Of a stretch of DNA of 64,000 nt, positions 1 to 10,700 are shown in pieces (position 1 is the stretch's first letter; every line of letters starts with the position of its first letter). Origin of the DNA: a virus. The DNA lies in the IMG/VR virus record IMGVR_UViG_3300021376_000007. One strand, 5' to 3'. A model generated the notes under the pieces. That model did not search any database, was not told the origin of the DNA, and saw only the letters and a program-made list of their open reading frames with translations. The position numbers were made by a program, and so were the translations under genes.

Positions 1-3000
1 CAGCAGCACCTACTACTTTGACACCTGGAACGCATACATCTTTTGGAACTATTTCATCGGCACCAGTAAGAACAAGGGCTACAGCACAAGAGATACAACA
101 AGAATTTTCCTCGCTGTTAGGAGCTCAATCGACAGCAGCGTCAGAAAGATTAACAATGGGTGTCGCAGTACGAGGAGACAGAGAAATGGCCTCTCTTGCA
201 TCAAAAGTTGATGACCTCATGGAAGGTCTTCCTATGTCAAGAGATGGTCAATACATCTTAACTGCTAGTGGGTTAAAAGATATAAAAACAGGATTTACTG
301 GAATGCTCGAAGAACTGCAAGGTATAGCTAGAGGTAGAACGTTAACATTTGAAGAATCTGATACGGTCAAAAAACTTCAACAACAAATAAATGCAATAGA
401 CGTAGCGTTAAGTAAACAAAACGAAGGTGACGTTATAGCTAGAGTAAACCTTGGAATGGGTCAAATAAAAGGTGAAGCTTTTATAATGTCAGACAGAATG
501 GCCCAAAGATTTAGAGATCCTATTACTGGTCTTCTTCCACGAGTAATTACAGACATAACAAACCTAAAAGGTGAAGTTGGTTCCGATATTGTCAGAAACC
601 TTTTGTTGGATGTTGGAGAAGAAAAGCCAGAAGTATTTAGTGATCCACTTATGTTTTTGTATCATGAAGAATATTTTTCTCAATCAACATTTAGAAGAAC
701 ACTGCAAGCAAATGCAGCTTCTGGATTAGCAAATGTTTCTGGATTTACTGAAACAGCAGATATTCCTAGGGAAGTTTTAAGACAACTTGAAATGGATCTA
801 GCAGATGAAGTAAGTACAGTGGTTCCAAGTACTAGGCACGCAGTTCCTGTACAAAGACTTGATCCAGTTTTTAGATCAGCTAATTTAAGAATGAAAAAAG
901 AAGCTGAAGAAATTGTTTTAGCTTTGAGAGCAGGAGAAGATCCAAGAAATATACCAGCATTAATGAGAAGAGTTGCAGACCACTATATGTCTAAGGTTGT
1001 TAGATACAAAGGAAGACCAGATGTAGCAATGCCGACAGCACAAAGATTTGCTTTAAGAACTTTTGAGTCAGTAGCAGATATGGGTTCTGGCTTTCAGGGT
1101 TCTGTTAGGCATGGAATAGACCTGTCTCACTATGGCATGGCAGGATCAGTTTCGGATGAAATAAATTTTCTTCAATTTAGAATAAAAGGTCATGACATGT
1201 TGTTGGCCGGTAGGGCTGCACGTTTGTATAAGAACTCTCTTGGTGGATTTGACTTGGACGACAAGGGTATACCTCTTATGTCAACTTTTGTCGATACTTC
1301 AAAGAAAAAAAGATTAGCGTTTTTTACATTAAGGCAGCCAACATCTTTTCAAGAGTCTATCGCTATGGTGGCAGACCTAACTGATGTAAGTACAATTCGT
1401 GCCTTATTTAAGGATAATCAAAGATTAATAAACGCAGTACATGATGATGCTTTTATTGGCGGCTTGGGTTATACAACTAGAAGCGGTGCAGTACAAAAAT
1501 TAAGAGAAATATTACCCTCCACAGGAAGAGGTGGACCTAGAAATGGTCGAATATCTGCATCATTAGCGCGTCAGGTAGAGAATTTGGCCATTCAATTAAT
1601 TGAATCAGATAGGGTTAATGGAACAGAACTTCCCGGTCTTACGTCCAGTCAGATAGCACAAATGCTTATGACTCAAGACCCTAGCGTTTTAGGTCTTTCG
1701 TCAACAGTCAGGAGTGGATCAAAATTGTTCGAATTGATGAGAGAAGTAGGTTTAAATCCATCAAAAGAACCATCTCCATATTCTTCGGATACAGTTTTTC
1801 AAATATTTAGAAGAAAAGGCGAATCTAGAGTTCAAGGACAAATTATAGCCGCAGTAGAATCTGAGCTGGGAATAACCTTTAGTGGAGACGCAGCAGCAAA
1901 AATGCAAGAGATAACAAATTTAATAGACAAAACAGGACCGCGATACGCCCAAGGAATGGAACACAGGGTTGCAACAGCTGTTAGAACTATTCTAGAAGAT
2001 GTTCAAAGAGCAGCTGCAGAAACTACAGTTGAAGAATCAATTGGTCTTTTTATTAATAGACAAGCAGCATCAATATACAATCTACAGCATTCTAGAAGAA
2101 TCATGGAACAGTCCGGTACTGCAACAGCCGAAGATATTGGCATACTAAGAAGAGCTTCAACAATATTTACTTTACCTGCCTCTGAAGCTGTTGACTTTAG
2201 TAAACAAATATCTCTTGAACAATTTTTGACAACACAAGGAGAAGCTTTATCAAGAATAAATACAGAAATGGGAATAGACCCCGAATCTGTATTAGAAACA
2301 ATGGTAGCTTATTTTCAACACATGTCCACAAAAGAGGGAACCCCAATGCCCTCTGAAGATCAAATTAGGAGAGCTTTATTGAATTTACCCGATGGAGCCC
2401 CAATGCCAGCACTTAGTTTGGATGCAGTCGGCAAGCAGATGTTGAAATCTTTTAAGTCAGTTGGAGTTATTAGAGCACAACAAATAGCGCAACAAGTTGC
2501 AACAACCGGTGCTGTAGATGTGGATTCTTTGTTTGGTCTTCAAAGAAGTCTTTTTGAAGGAGATTTTGCAAGAATAAGTGAATACGGCACAGATCAAACA
2601 GCAGCAGTTGATCAAGTATTATCGGGTTTGACAGAATACTTAAGAACAAAATCAGGCTTAACAACTCAACAGACAGCAGCAATTCAAAATCATATAGACG
2701 AACTTACGGCAGCTAGATCGTCTGGCACAGATTCAGAAGGTGCAACAAAACGAGTATTAGAAAGTCTTTACATGAGAGAAGGAACCGATGCCTATAGAAG
2801 GTTTGCTGACATGGATCAGATAGCAAGAGAGCTTCAGCAAATATATACAGCGGCAGAAGTAGAAAAATCAAAAGTAATTGCTGGAGCAAGAGAAAGATCG
2901 ACTGCTCCTATAGCAACTGTTAAATCTAGGTTTAGAACAGAATCAAGAAACATAGTATCAAACATAAGACAAGAAATAGATATAATAAAAACAAAATCAT

Positions 3001-4235
3001 CTTCAATTAGGGCAGCAGGTAGAGACGTTGCCGTCTCAGAAGTTTATTCTTTAAGACAAGCAAGAATAGCTGCAGCAACAAAAGTTTTTGAAGGAGTTTC
3101 AGCAGCTCGAGCAGCAGCTCAAGCAGCTGGAGAGACATTTGGTGGAAGAGAAACTCTTGACGTTGTTGAATCTGTATTGGCAAATTTGATCAGACAGTTA
3201 CCAGAAACTGAAGCAGAAGCTTTGTTGAGAACAGAAATTCTTAGCGAATCAGAAGACCTTACTGTAATGCAAGAGTTGTTTGGTGCAGCAAGAAGAAGAA
3301 TGCTAGGAAAAGCACAAGCAGCAAGAACAGATATGGCTATGGCTTTAGATCCAAGAATCCAAGGGGCTTATGATTTTGCATCAGATAGCAGGAGTCTTTT
3401 GAGCCAACATGTAAGGTCTGAACTTGGTGGAGCACTTCCAAGAAACTTAGAGGATGTAACATCAGATCAAGCTGCTGGCATTATAAAAGGAATTAGAAAA
3501 TATAGGAAAGCAGCTGGAACAGGAATAGACCCTGCAGAAAATGAAGCCTTGAGAATTCTTTCCGAGTTAATGGGACAAAGAAAACGAGATCGAGCAGTAT
3601 TTCAAGCAGATGAAATGGCCAGAATTACTCCAGAAGCAGAAAATGCCTACAGGTATTATTATGGTGGAAGAAGGATGGTTGACCAACAAGAAAACATTGC
3701 TGGAGATATTGCCTCTACAAGACTTCTTGGTTCGGGTGGTGGACCAATTGCCCCAGGATCTGCAGAGGCAATAAGAACTTCAGTGGATGATGTTGTTCGT
3801 GCAGCTCCAGTAAGAACTGCATATAAAAGATTTGGAGAATCTTTGAGGTCAGGTGCACTTGGAGAAGCCGTTAGAAATCCGTTAGTGCGCAGAGGCGCCA
3901 TCGCGGCAGTTGCCTTAGCCGCTTTTGGTTTTATACACTCAGCTAGAAAAGATCATGCGGAATCCGACATCATGGGGCCACCACTACTCCCAGGCGGCAG
4001 TGCCTACGAAAAGGATTACCCCAGGACAATGGTTGAACCCTCTACCGATAAATACCAGGGTACCGCAGCGCCTGGGGCTCAGTATAGAATATACACAACT
4101 GGGTCGCAAGATGATTCAGAAAGATTAAGTTCAATGCTTCAAGGCGTTGTAGATGGGCCCATTAACAGTACTATGTATAATAGCCTTCCGCAACTAGGAA
4201 GAGATCCTTATTCTTCCGTTGCTTCAAGTTTTTAG
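1..4235 (+). CDS. C-terminal part of a giant virion/internal protein (5'-truncated by the window), with possible two-barrel RNA-polymerase-like motifs
   Basis: Frame is open from position 3. Ala/Arg/Glu-rich helical sequence with a C-terminal hydrophobic segment (RRGAIAAVALAAFGFI). Motifs GGFDLDDKG and FTLRQPT. Lies upstream of the baseplate genes. Confidence 0.6.
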   Translation, partial: AAPTTLTPGTHTSFGTISSAPVRTRATAQEIQQEFSSLLGAQSTAASERLTMGVAVRGDREMASLASKVDDLMEGLPMSRDGQYILTASGLKDIKTGFTGMLEELQGIARGRTLTFEESDTVKKLQQQINAIDVALSKQNEGDVIARVNLGMGQIKGEAFIMSDRMAQRFRDPITGLLPRVITDITNLKGEVGSDIVRNLLLDVGEEKPEVFSDPLMFLYHEEYFSQSTFRRTLQANAASGLANVSGFTETADIPREVLRQLEMDLADEVSTVVPSTRHAVPVQRLDPVFRSANLRMKKEAEEIVLALRAGEDPRNIPALMRRVADHYMSKVVRYKGRPDVAMPTAQRFALRTFESVADMGSGFQGSVRHGIDLSHYGMAGSVSDEINFLQFRIKGHDMLLAGRAARLYKNSLGGFDLDDKGIPLMSTFVDTSKKKRLAFFTLRQPTSFQESIAMVADLTDVSTIRALFKDNQRLINAVHDDAFIGGLGYTTRSGAVQKLREILPSTGRGGPRNGRISASLARQVENLAIQLIESDRVNGTELPGLTSSQIAQMLMTQDPSVLGLSSTVRSGSKLFELMREVGLNPSKEPSPYSSDTVFQIFRRKGESRVQGQIIAAVESELGITFSGDAAAKMQEITNLIDKTGPRYAQGMEHRVATAVRTILEDVQRAAAETTVEESIGLFINRQAASIYNLQHSRRIMEQSGTATAEDIGILRRASTIFTLPASEAVDFSKQISLEQFLTTQGEALSRINTEMGIDPESVLETMVAYFQHMSTKEGTPMPSEDQIRRALLNLPDGAPMPALSLDAVGKQMLKSFKSVGVIRAQQIAQQVATTGAVDVDSLFGLQRSLFEGDFARISEYGTDQTAAVDQVLSGLTEYLRTKSGLTTQQTAAIQNHIDELTAARSSGTDSEGATKRVLESLYMREGTDAYRRFADMDQIARELQQIYTAAEVEKSKVIAGARERSTAPIATVKSRFRTESRNIVSNIRQEIDIIKTKSSSIRAAGRDVAVSEVYSLRQARIAAATKVFEGVSAARAAAQAAGETFGGRETLDVVESVLANLIRQLPETEAEALLRTEILSESEDLTVMQELFGAARRRMLGKAQAARTDMAMALDPRIQGAYDFASDSRSLLSQHVRSELGGALPRNLEDVTSDQAAGIIKGIRKYRKAAGTGIDPAENEALRILSELMGQRKRDRAVFQADEMARITPEAENAYRYYYGGRRMVDQQENIAGDIASTRLLGSGGGPIAPGSAEAIRTSVDDVVRAAPVRTAYKRFGESLRSGALGEAVRNPLVRRGAIAAVALAAFGFIHSARKDHAESDIMGPPLLPGGSAYEKDYPRTMVEPSTDKYQGTAAPGAQYRIYTTGSQDDSERLSSMLQGVVDGPINSTMYNSLPQLGRDPYSSVASSF

Positions 4236-4245
4236 GTATTAAAGT

Positions 4246-4702
4246 ATGATAGTCCGGTGCAGATAACCAAAACAGAAATTTGTCTGACGCTGCAGCTAAA
4301 AGAGTTGACACCAGTCCAAGGACAGCAACATCGAATAAGTACGCAGCCAGTGTAACTTCTAATATTAAAAAAGGCTCAGGGGTTTCTGGTTCTGTGACAA
4401 GTGCTTCAAAAACAAGTGTTGACTATCAAAAGCCTGATCCAGTTAAGGCATCTTTTGAGGGATTAGATAAATCTAAATCTGCCCATATTCAACCAGATGG
4501 AACTGGCTATTCAAGCAGATTGAATCAACAAGCAAGGTATACCGATAAAACAATCAAAAATTTTAATGGTTCAACAAATGGGATAAACTCACTTGCCAAT
4601 TTTAAAAGACCTGGTATAATTACAAATTACAGTTCTAGTGCAGCAAAGAATTCTTCTACATTTAGGCTCAACTCAATGCTTGACATCAATAAATTATTTT
4701 AG
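4246..4702 (+). CDS. Hypothetical Ser/Thr/Lys-rich protein, ~151 aa, with a +1 shift at codon 4 (CGGT at 4255)
   Basis: AGGT-like RBS then ATG ATA GTC C-GGT GCA GAT AAC CAA joins the ATG at 4246 to the ORF called at 4280. Read straight, it stops after 6 codons. Confidence 0.7.
4255..4258 (+). other. CGGN recoding site 1 (CGGT, codon 4)
   Basis: GTC CGGT GCA. Confidence 0.7.
4593..4620 (+). promoter_or_regulatory. Sigma70-type promoter (TTGCCA-16-TATAAT, extended -10 TGGTATAAT)
   Basis: Consensus match ~90 nt upstream of the ATG at 4709. Confidence 0.5.
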
Positions 4703-4708
4703 GAAATT

Positions 4709-7700
4709 ATGGTAGACAGACCAAGTACACAGCAAACTTATTCTGATTCTGACTTAGCTCCAATTACTGACCTTATTAATATATCTCAACAGAGGGGGCG
4801 TTGGAGCAAAATAGCAGGCTGGACCTCAAATGTAATTAATAACGCTGTCAACGCTACGGTAGACGTTGTTGATGCAGCAATTGGCGGAGTTGGTTTATCG
4901 GGTCATAATTTAAATATTGAATGGGGACAAGATCATTCTGGTAGAGGAATAGAGCATTCATATAATAAACTTCTTGCTTTCAATAAAACAGCTGTCGGCA
5001 ATGATGAAAATTTAGCAGAAGCAATTTTAACAAAATTAAAAAATTCTGGATTGTTAGAATTAGCAGAAATGGCCGGACGGAATACAAGAATTTGCCAGAG
5101 CGCGTTTTGCTTCCGTAAAAAACTTGAGAGAATCTGCAGCAGAAAGAGATGAAAAAGGAAACTTTAAATATCTTAAAGCTGACAGAGATATATTTTGGCA
5201 AGATAAATTAATAGAAGTAAAGAACTTTTTTGTGCAAGACCCACTTGCACTGGCAACTATATATAAATATATGCCCGGCTTATTTAATTTATTTACAACA
5301 GCGCTAGCTGCTACTTCCGATTATGGATATTCAGAAGAAGACGCTCTTAATAACCAAAGACAAATTATTACCGAAATGTTTAGGTCTTTTGGAACAGATA
5401 AAGATGGAAAAGCTGTTTTTAAGCCTGTTTGGGCAGTAGACAACTTTATAACTGCACAAAAAATAGAGCAGGCTATTAAAAAAATAGGTTTTCCAACAGG
5501 AACTCCACCTGTATCTCCAGATGTTTTTCACTTAAGAATAGGTGCATCTAATTTTTATGTACCGCCGCTTTCAATATCCGTAAACACCGGCTATAAAACT
5601 GGAAGCTTAACAGGTGGGGCAATTAGGCAAAAAGCTTCTCCAAAATTTAATTCTGGATACAAAGAAACCTCAATAGCAATAAAGTTGTTTTTTCCAAACT
5701 ATGAAGAAATATGGGGAATATCTGCGCAAGACGCAGCAACAATGAATTTAAGATCTAATATAAAAATAGACTTCCTAAACAAAAAAGATCAACAAAGGAT
5801 AGACAAGTTTTTATCTTCATTAAGGGGACTCATAGCAGCTTTCAAGTATGCCCCAATTCTTCCCATAAGAAACCATTACATAAATCAGGTTTTTGGTATT
5901 ACTGGAGTAACCTTAATGTCAATGTCGATTTCAACAGTTCCCAATTTTCCTTTTGCGGTTTCGGTAGATTTACAATTAGCTGCTTTTAACCACAGGCCAT
6001 TTTTGCCTATGATTAAAGACTTCAATCAAGCTATTGATTGGTCAAAATTTAGATTTTACATGGGAAGAGCAGCTATGGCTATATCGGAGTCTGCCGGAGA
6101 AGAATTTTTAATTACGTCTTCAGACAATAAGCCAGAGCAAACTCCAGACTCAATGCTAGACAGAGTTACTAGCCCTATCTATAAAAATCAAAGCGATTTA
6201 GTTCTTGGAACAAATGTTTATGAAGAATGGGTTAATGGCAATAATATAGTTTTTTACATTCCAGAACAAGTTCAGTCAAAAGTTTTTGCTCCAGACACTT
6301 CCTCTTTTAGAACAAGTGAAGAAAGAAATTTAACAGATCTTGGCAGAGCTTTTTGGGAAAGGTGGCTAAGCAGAATAGGTATAGATATTTCTGAAGCGGC
6401 TTTATATAGAAAATTGGATACTGTTGTTTCTTTGTCAAGAGAAAATACTTTTACTCAGACAGATAGAAAACAAGTGGAATCTGTAGTTAATATAGTTTTG
6501 GCAGGAGCAAATAGTTCCAATATAGGCGACAAGCTTTACGCAGCAGCAGCACAGCAGTATGTCAGTGAAAATAATATAACAAGCTCACAAATCTACGACT
6601 ATATATTAAATCCAAAATCACCAAATGAACTTGAAAGTCCAGCAGGATTAACTGAAAAAATTAAAAATGACAAATGGACAATTTGGAACAAAACTAGAAA
6701 TTCAAAGAGTTATATATACGATCAAATAGAAAAAATTGCTATTAAAGCAGGTAAAAAAGCAAGACCTGCAATAACGGATACAAAATCAGATCAATTCAAA
6801 AAACTCAAGCAGCAAATACAAAAAAGATTTATAGACGCATTTAATGTGACATTGTATGATAGAGTCTTTTCTGACGAGGGAATAAAGGGCATATTTGAAG
6901 CAGAGGCCCTTAAAAAGGGTGGAACTTTTACCATAAAAGAATGGGAAGTTCCAATGATGAAAGTTAATCTTGATGCAAAGTCTGTCATAGTCAATTCTGT
7001 CGCTGTAACAATGTCCAATAATATGGCCAAGCTTCAATTGCAGATGCAAGATGAAGCGACATATCAATACATAGGTTCTAATGACTCTTATGTCTCTATT
7101 TCGATGACGGTATTTGGAGAAAAAGAACTTAGCAAGTTGACGCGAATGCTTGAGTTTTTAAGCGGACTTGCTAGATTAGAGCAAGCTGCCGGCGTCATAG
7201 GGTTCATGGGCATAAAGAATGTTTTGTCTGCTTTGTGTGGAATTAAATATGTAGTACCAATGACGTATAATGTTGATACAATACCTGGTTATCCACATGT
7301 TTACAGCGTCCAAATGACTTTTGTTGACTTTGATATTTTTCAACAAAAAAGAGAAAGTATCAGCTCAGAAACGCAGATTGCTCTCATTAAAGAATTTGGA
7401 ACAAAGAAAAATCCATTCTTAAGATTAAAACAAAATTGGTCATCAATAAATGCGTATCCCGACATGCCGCTTGCAATTAAGGACGATAAAACTGGACAAT
7501 ACATTGGGTCTTTGGATCCTGATTTTTACTTTAGATCTTTTGAAATGTTTGACAAAGATGTTGTAAATAGCGTTATAGAGCCGAGCAGCTTTAACATTCC
7601 TGCCGTCACTGAAGCTGGAACTGCTGCCATCAAAAAGACTATGGCAGAAAAAAAACAAGACTATTTATCACTGGTTAACTCCGTTAAAGAGTTGATGATA

Positions 7701-10700
7701 AATAACAATGGAAACTTAGAAATTGTAAAAGATTTTTTAATTAAAGAAAAAAATATGTCTGCATACGATGCAATGAACATATTTAGAATAGCTATATACG
7801 ACAATAATAATGAAAGCTTAATCGAGCAGAGCTATCTTGGCTCAGCTGGAACTCTTGCTGGAAAAACTCCAACATTGTGGAAAGATATGGTTGAAAATTT
7901 TAGAGATGATAATGAAATTCTTTACAATTTTGAAGACATAAATTTTAGCACTAAATATGGAGAAATAAGGATAGATCAACTATTGGGTGGAGTAAATGCT
8001 CAAGTTGAAAGGTTCAACAAATTGGTATCAGCATCGATACAGAAGTCTGAAACAAGAGAGCTTCCATCCTTTGACCCAGATGACGCAGAGCACTATGGCA
8101 TACTTCATTATATTCCAGCAGCTGATTCAGCATCTGTCGGAAAAATACCAGCTATATATCAAACTCCTGATGGTGGATATATTTTTGGTTATTCTGACAA
8201 TGAGGATGGCAGATTTTATTTATCAGAAGACAACCTTCAACGTGATATGCAAACTGGAAAAGTTTTGTCTACTACAACAATTGGAATAACAGATCCATCA
8301 ACGGCAGACAAAGATCCTCAAGCTGCTCATACTGGAATACCTGGAGCAAAATCAATTGATCAATATCAGATAGCATATGGGAATTCTGACACAGAAAAAA
8401 TGCAGGCCGTTTCTGCGGGCAGCAAGCAACAAAATGTTGCCAGGCACTGGGAAAAGATGATGATGGACACAGAGTACAGGGATCTCTCTGGAAGAATGAT
8501 AAGAGCTTATCCAACTTATCTTTTGTGGTTAATAGATGATTCTAACTTCTTTGCAGGAGTCAAACTGTTTGATAACTTTTATGGATTACAATCTGTTATA
8601 GATTTTTCTTTAGCTCAATCAGAAGATGTATTGGGAGATACTTTGGTTCTTAGATTGTCAAATACGTATTCTAAACTAAGTAAACCATTAAAAACAGTTT
8701 CATCTTTAGTTTCTGACGGTCAAATAATGAATACGGAAACAATTTCTAACTTAACGCGAAACACTTCCTTAATCATTGATAAGATCCTGCAGACTTCAAT
8801 GAACATAAGATCAAATATGAGTTCTTCATATGTAACTCAAATAGGCAATATGAGAATTAAGCCTGGCGTAAGAGTACATTTAAGAGCTGGATATGGGTCT
8901 AATCCAAATTCTCTTCAAACTATTTTTAACGGAATAATAACAGAAGTTGAAAATGGAGAAATTGTTACAATAATAGCACAATCTGACGCAATAGAGTTGT
9001 CTCCCATAATAAACTCAATAAACAAAAAAGGAGACAGTGGCAAGATTGACGGTGGAGCAGACACTGGATTGTGGATGTCGGAACCAAGAGATTTAATGAT
9101 ACGACTCTTGTCCATGGGCTCTTCTAGAACAAGAGAGGCTTTTGCTAATGCAACTAGAGGAGCGGTCTTTTCTGAAAATAAATTTGGAATTAGACATTTT
9201 GGCAGTATTCTTTATGAGCCATTAACAGAAGCCGAAAAACAAAGGTCAACTCAATACAGACAGTCAATAACCAATGCGTTCAATGCTGTGGGCAACAACC
9301 CAATTACCGGTTCTTCCGGTCTTGCATGGAACAGCGCAGTAAACATTTTGACTGGCGGAATGCAATTTGGGGCAAATGTAGCCCTTGGTGGAGCTCTGCC
9401 AAATAAGTATATGGGCCTACAGAGCGCAGGAGGTTCTGTAAGAACTCCAGTTTTAGGAGCAATGCAATCAATGTGGGCAAATTTTAGTTCTCAAAGAGAT
9501 TTGGAAATATTCAAAAGAAACATTTATCCAGGAAACGGAATTGGTGTTGCGCAGTTTTTGGGTGGTGACATAGATGACGGTTGGACAACATTGGCAACTA
9601 TTGATGAAAAGAAACTTCTTGACGAGAAGTTTGGTTATCTTGAAAGAATGTCCGGCCAAAATTGGAGCACTCTTACAGTAGAATCAGGCCTAGGAAATGC
9701 AGACGCCTCATATGCCCTAGAGGCTCGTCAAAATAATTTTCTTTCAGTAAAAGATGCCGAAAAAAAAGCCAGCGAGGCTACAGGGGGTCTGGAATACATG
9801 GCAAATGCGGGCTCAAAGCTAGTTGTAGCTGCGACGATAAACCCAGCAGCTGCAGGTTTCGCTACAGGTGTATTTTTGGGAAAGGGGCTACTAAAAGTTT
9901 TGGGCAGCAGAGGTGCAAAAAGTATTTTTGGTGCCATGGGACTGGTTAATAACGTAGATGATGATATGTATGATGAAGTTTCTTTTAGGGCACAAACATA
10001 TATGAGATCTGTTTGGGACATGTTTCAAATTTGCGCAAAGCTGCTTCCAAATTACATAGTTGCAATAAGACCATTTGAAGAAAGGTCTACAATATTTTAT
10101 GGAAAACCACATTGGCTATATACTTCTGGTGTGGTTCCGATTTCTACAGGTTTTCCATCTGAAGAACAGGCACAAAATGAAGGGGTTAATACTCCTGGTT
10201 ATATCAAGGCAGAGAGCGAATTAAAAGAAATATTAAATTCAATCAACAGAGAAACAAGCCCGCTAGGGGATGCAGCTGCAGCCCTTAAGTTGAAAGAATC
10301 ATCCTTTTCCGAGGATTTTGCCTCCTTTGCGCAATCTATGACAGAATTCAGTGGTGTGTTTAGAGCTGGCGGATCAGATAAAGGTTTGCAAGGCCAGATC
10401 ATTGACTTTGATGACGAAGAAAGATTAACGTATAGAGGATTTGGCGGAATTGTATCTAAAATACCTGTAGCAAAAGGTAAAGTCCAGGTTGGTTTCCATC
10501 TGCCTTTTGGTAAAACCGGAATATATTCAGATATTCAAGCAGACCATAAGCAGATAAGTCAACTGCCATTTAGATATAGATATCCATTTTTTACCAATAG
10601 AGTTACTGGAACATTAGCTTCATTAGATTTTGATAGAATAATTAAAGCAAATAGAACCGATACTGGATCAGCTGATGCGTTTGACCCAAGCGTTGTTCAA

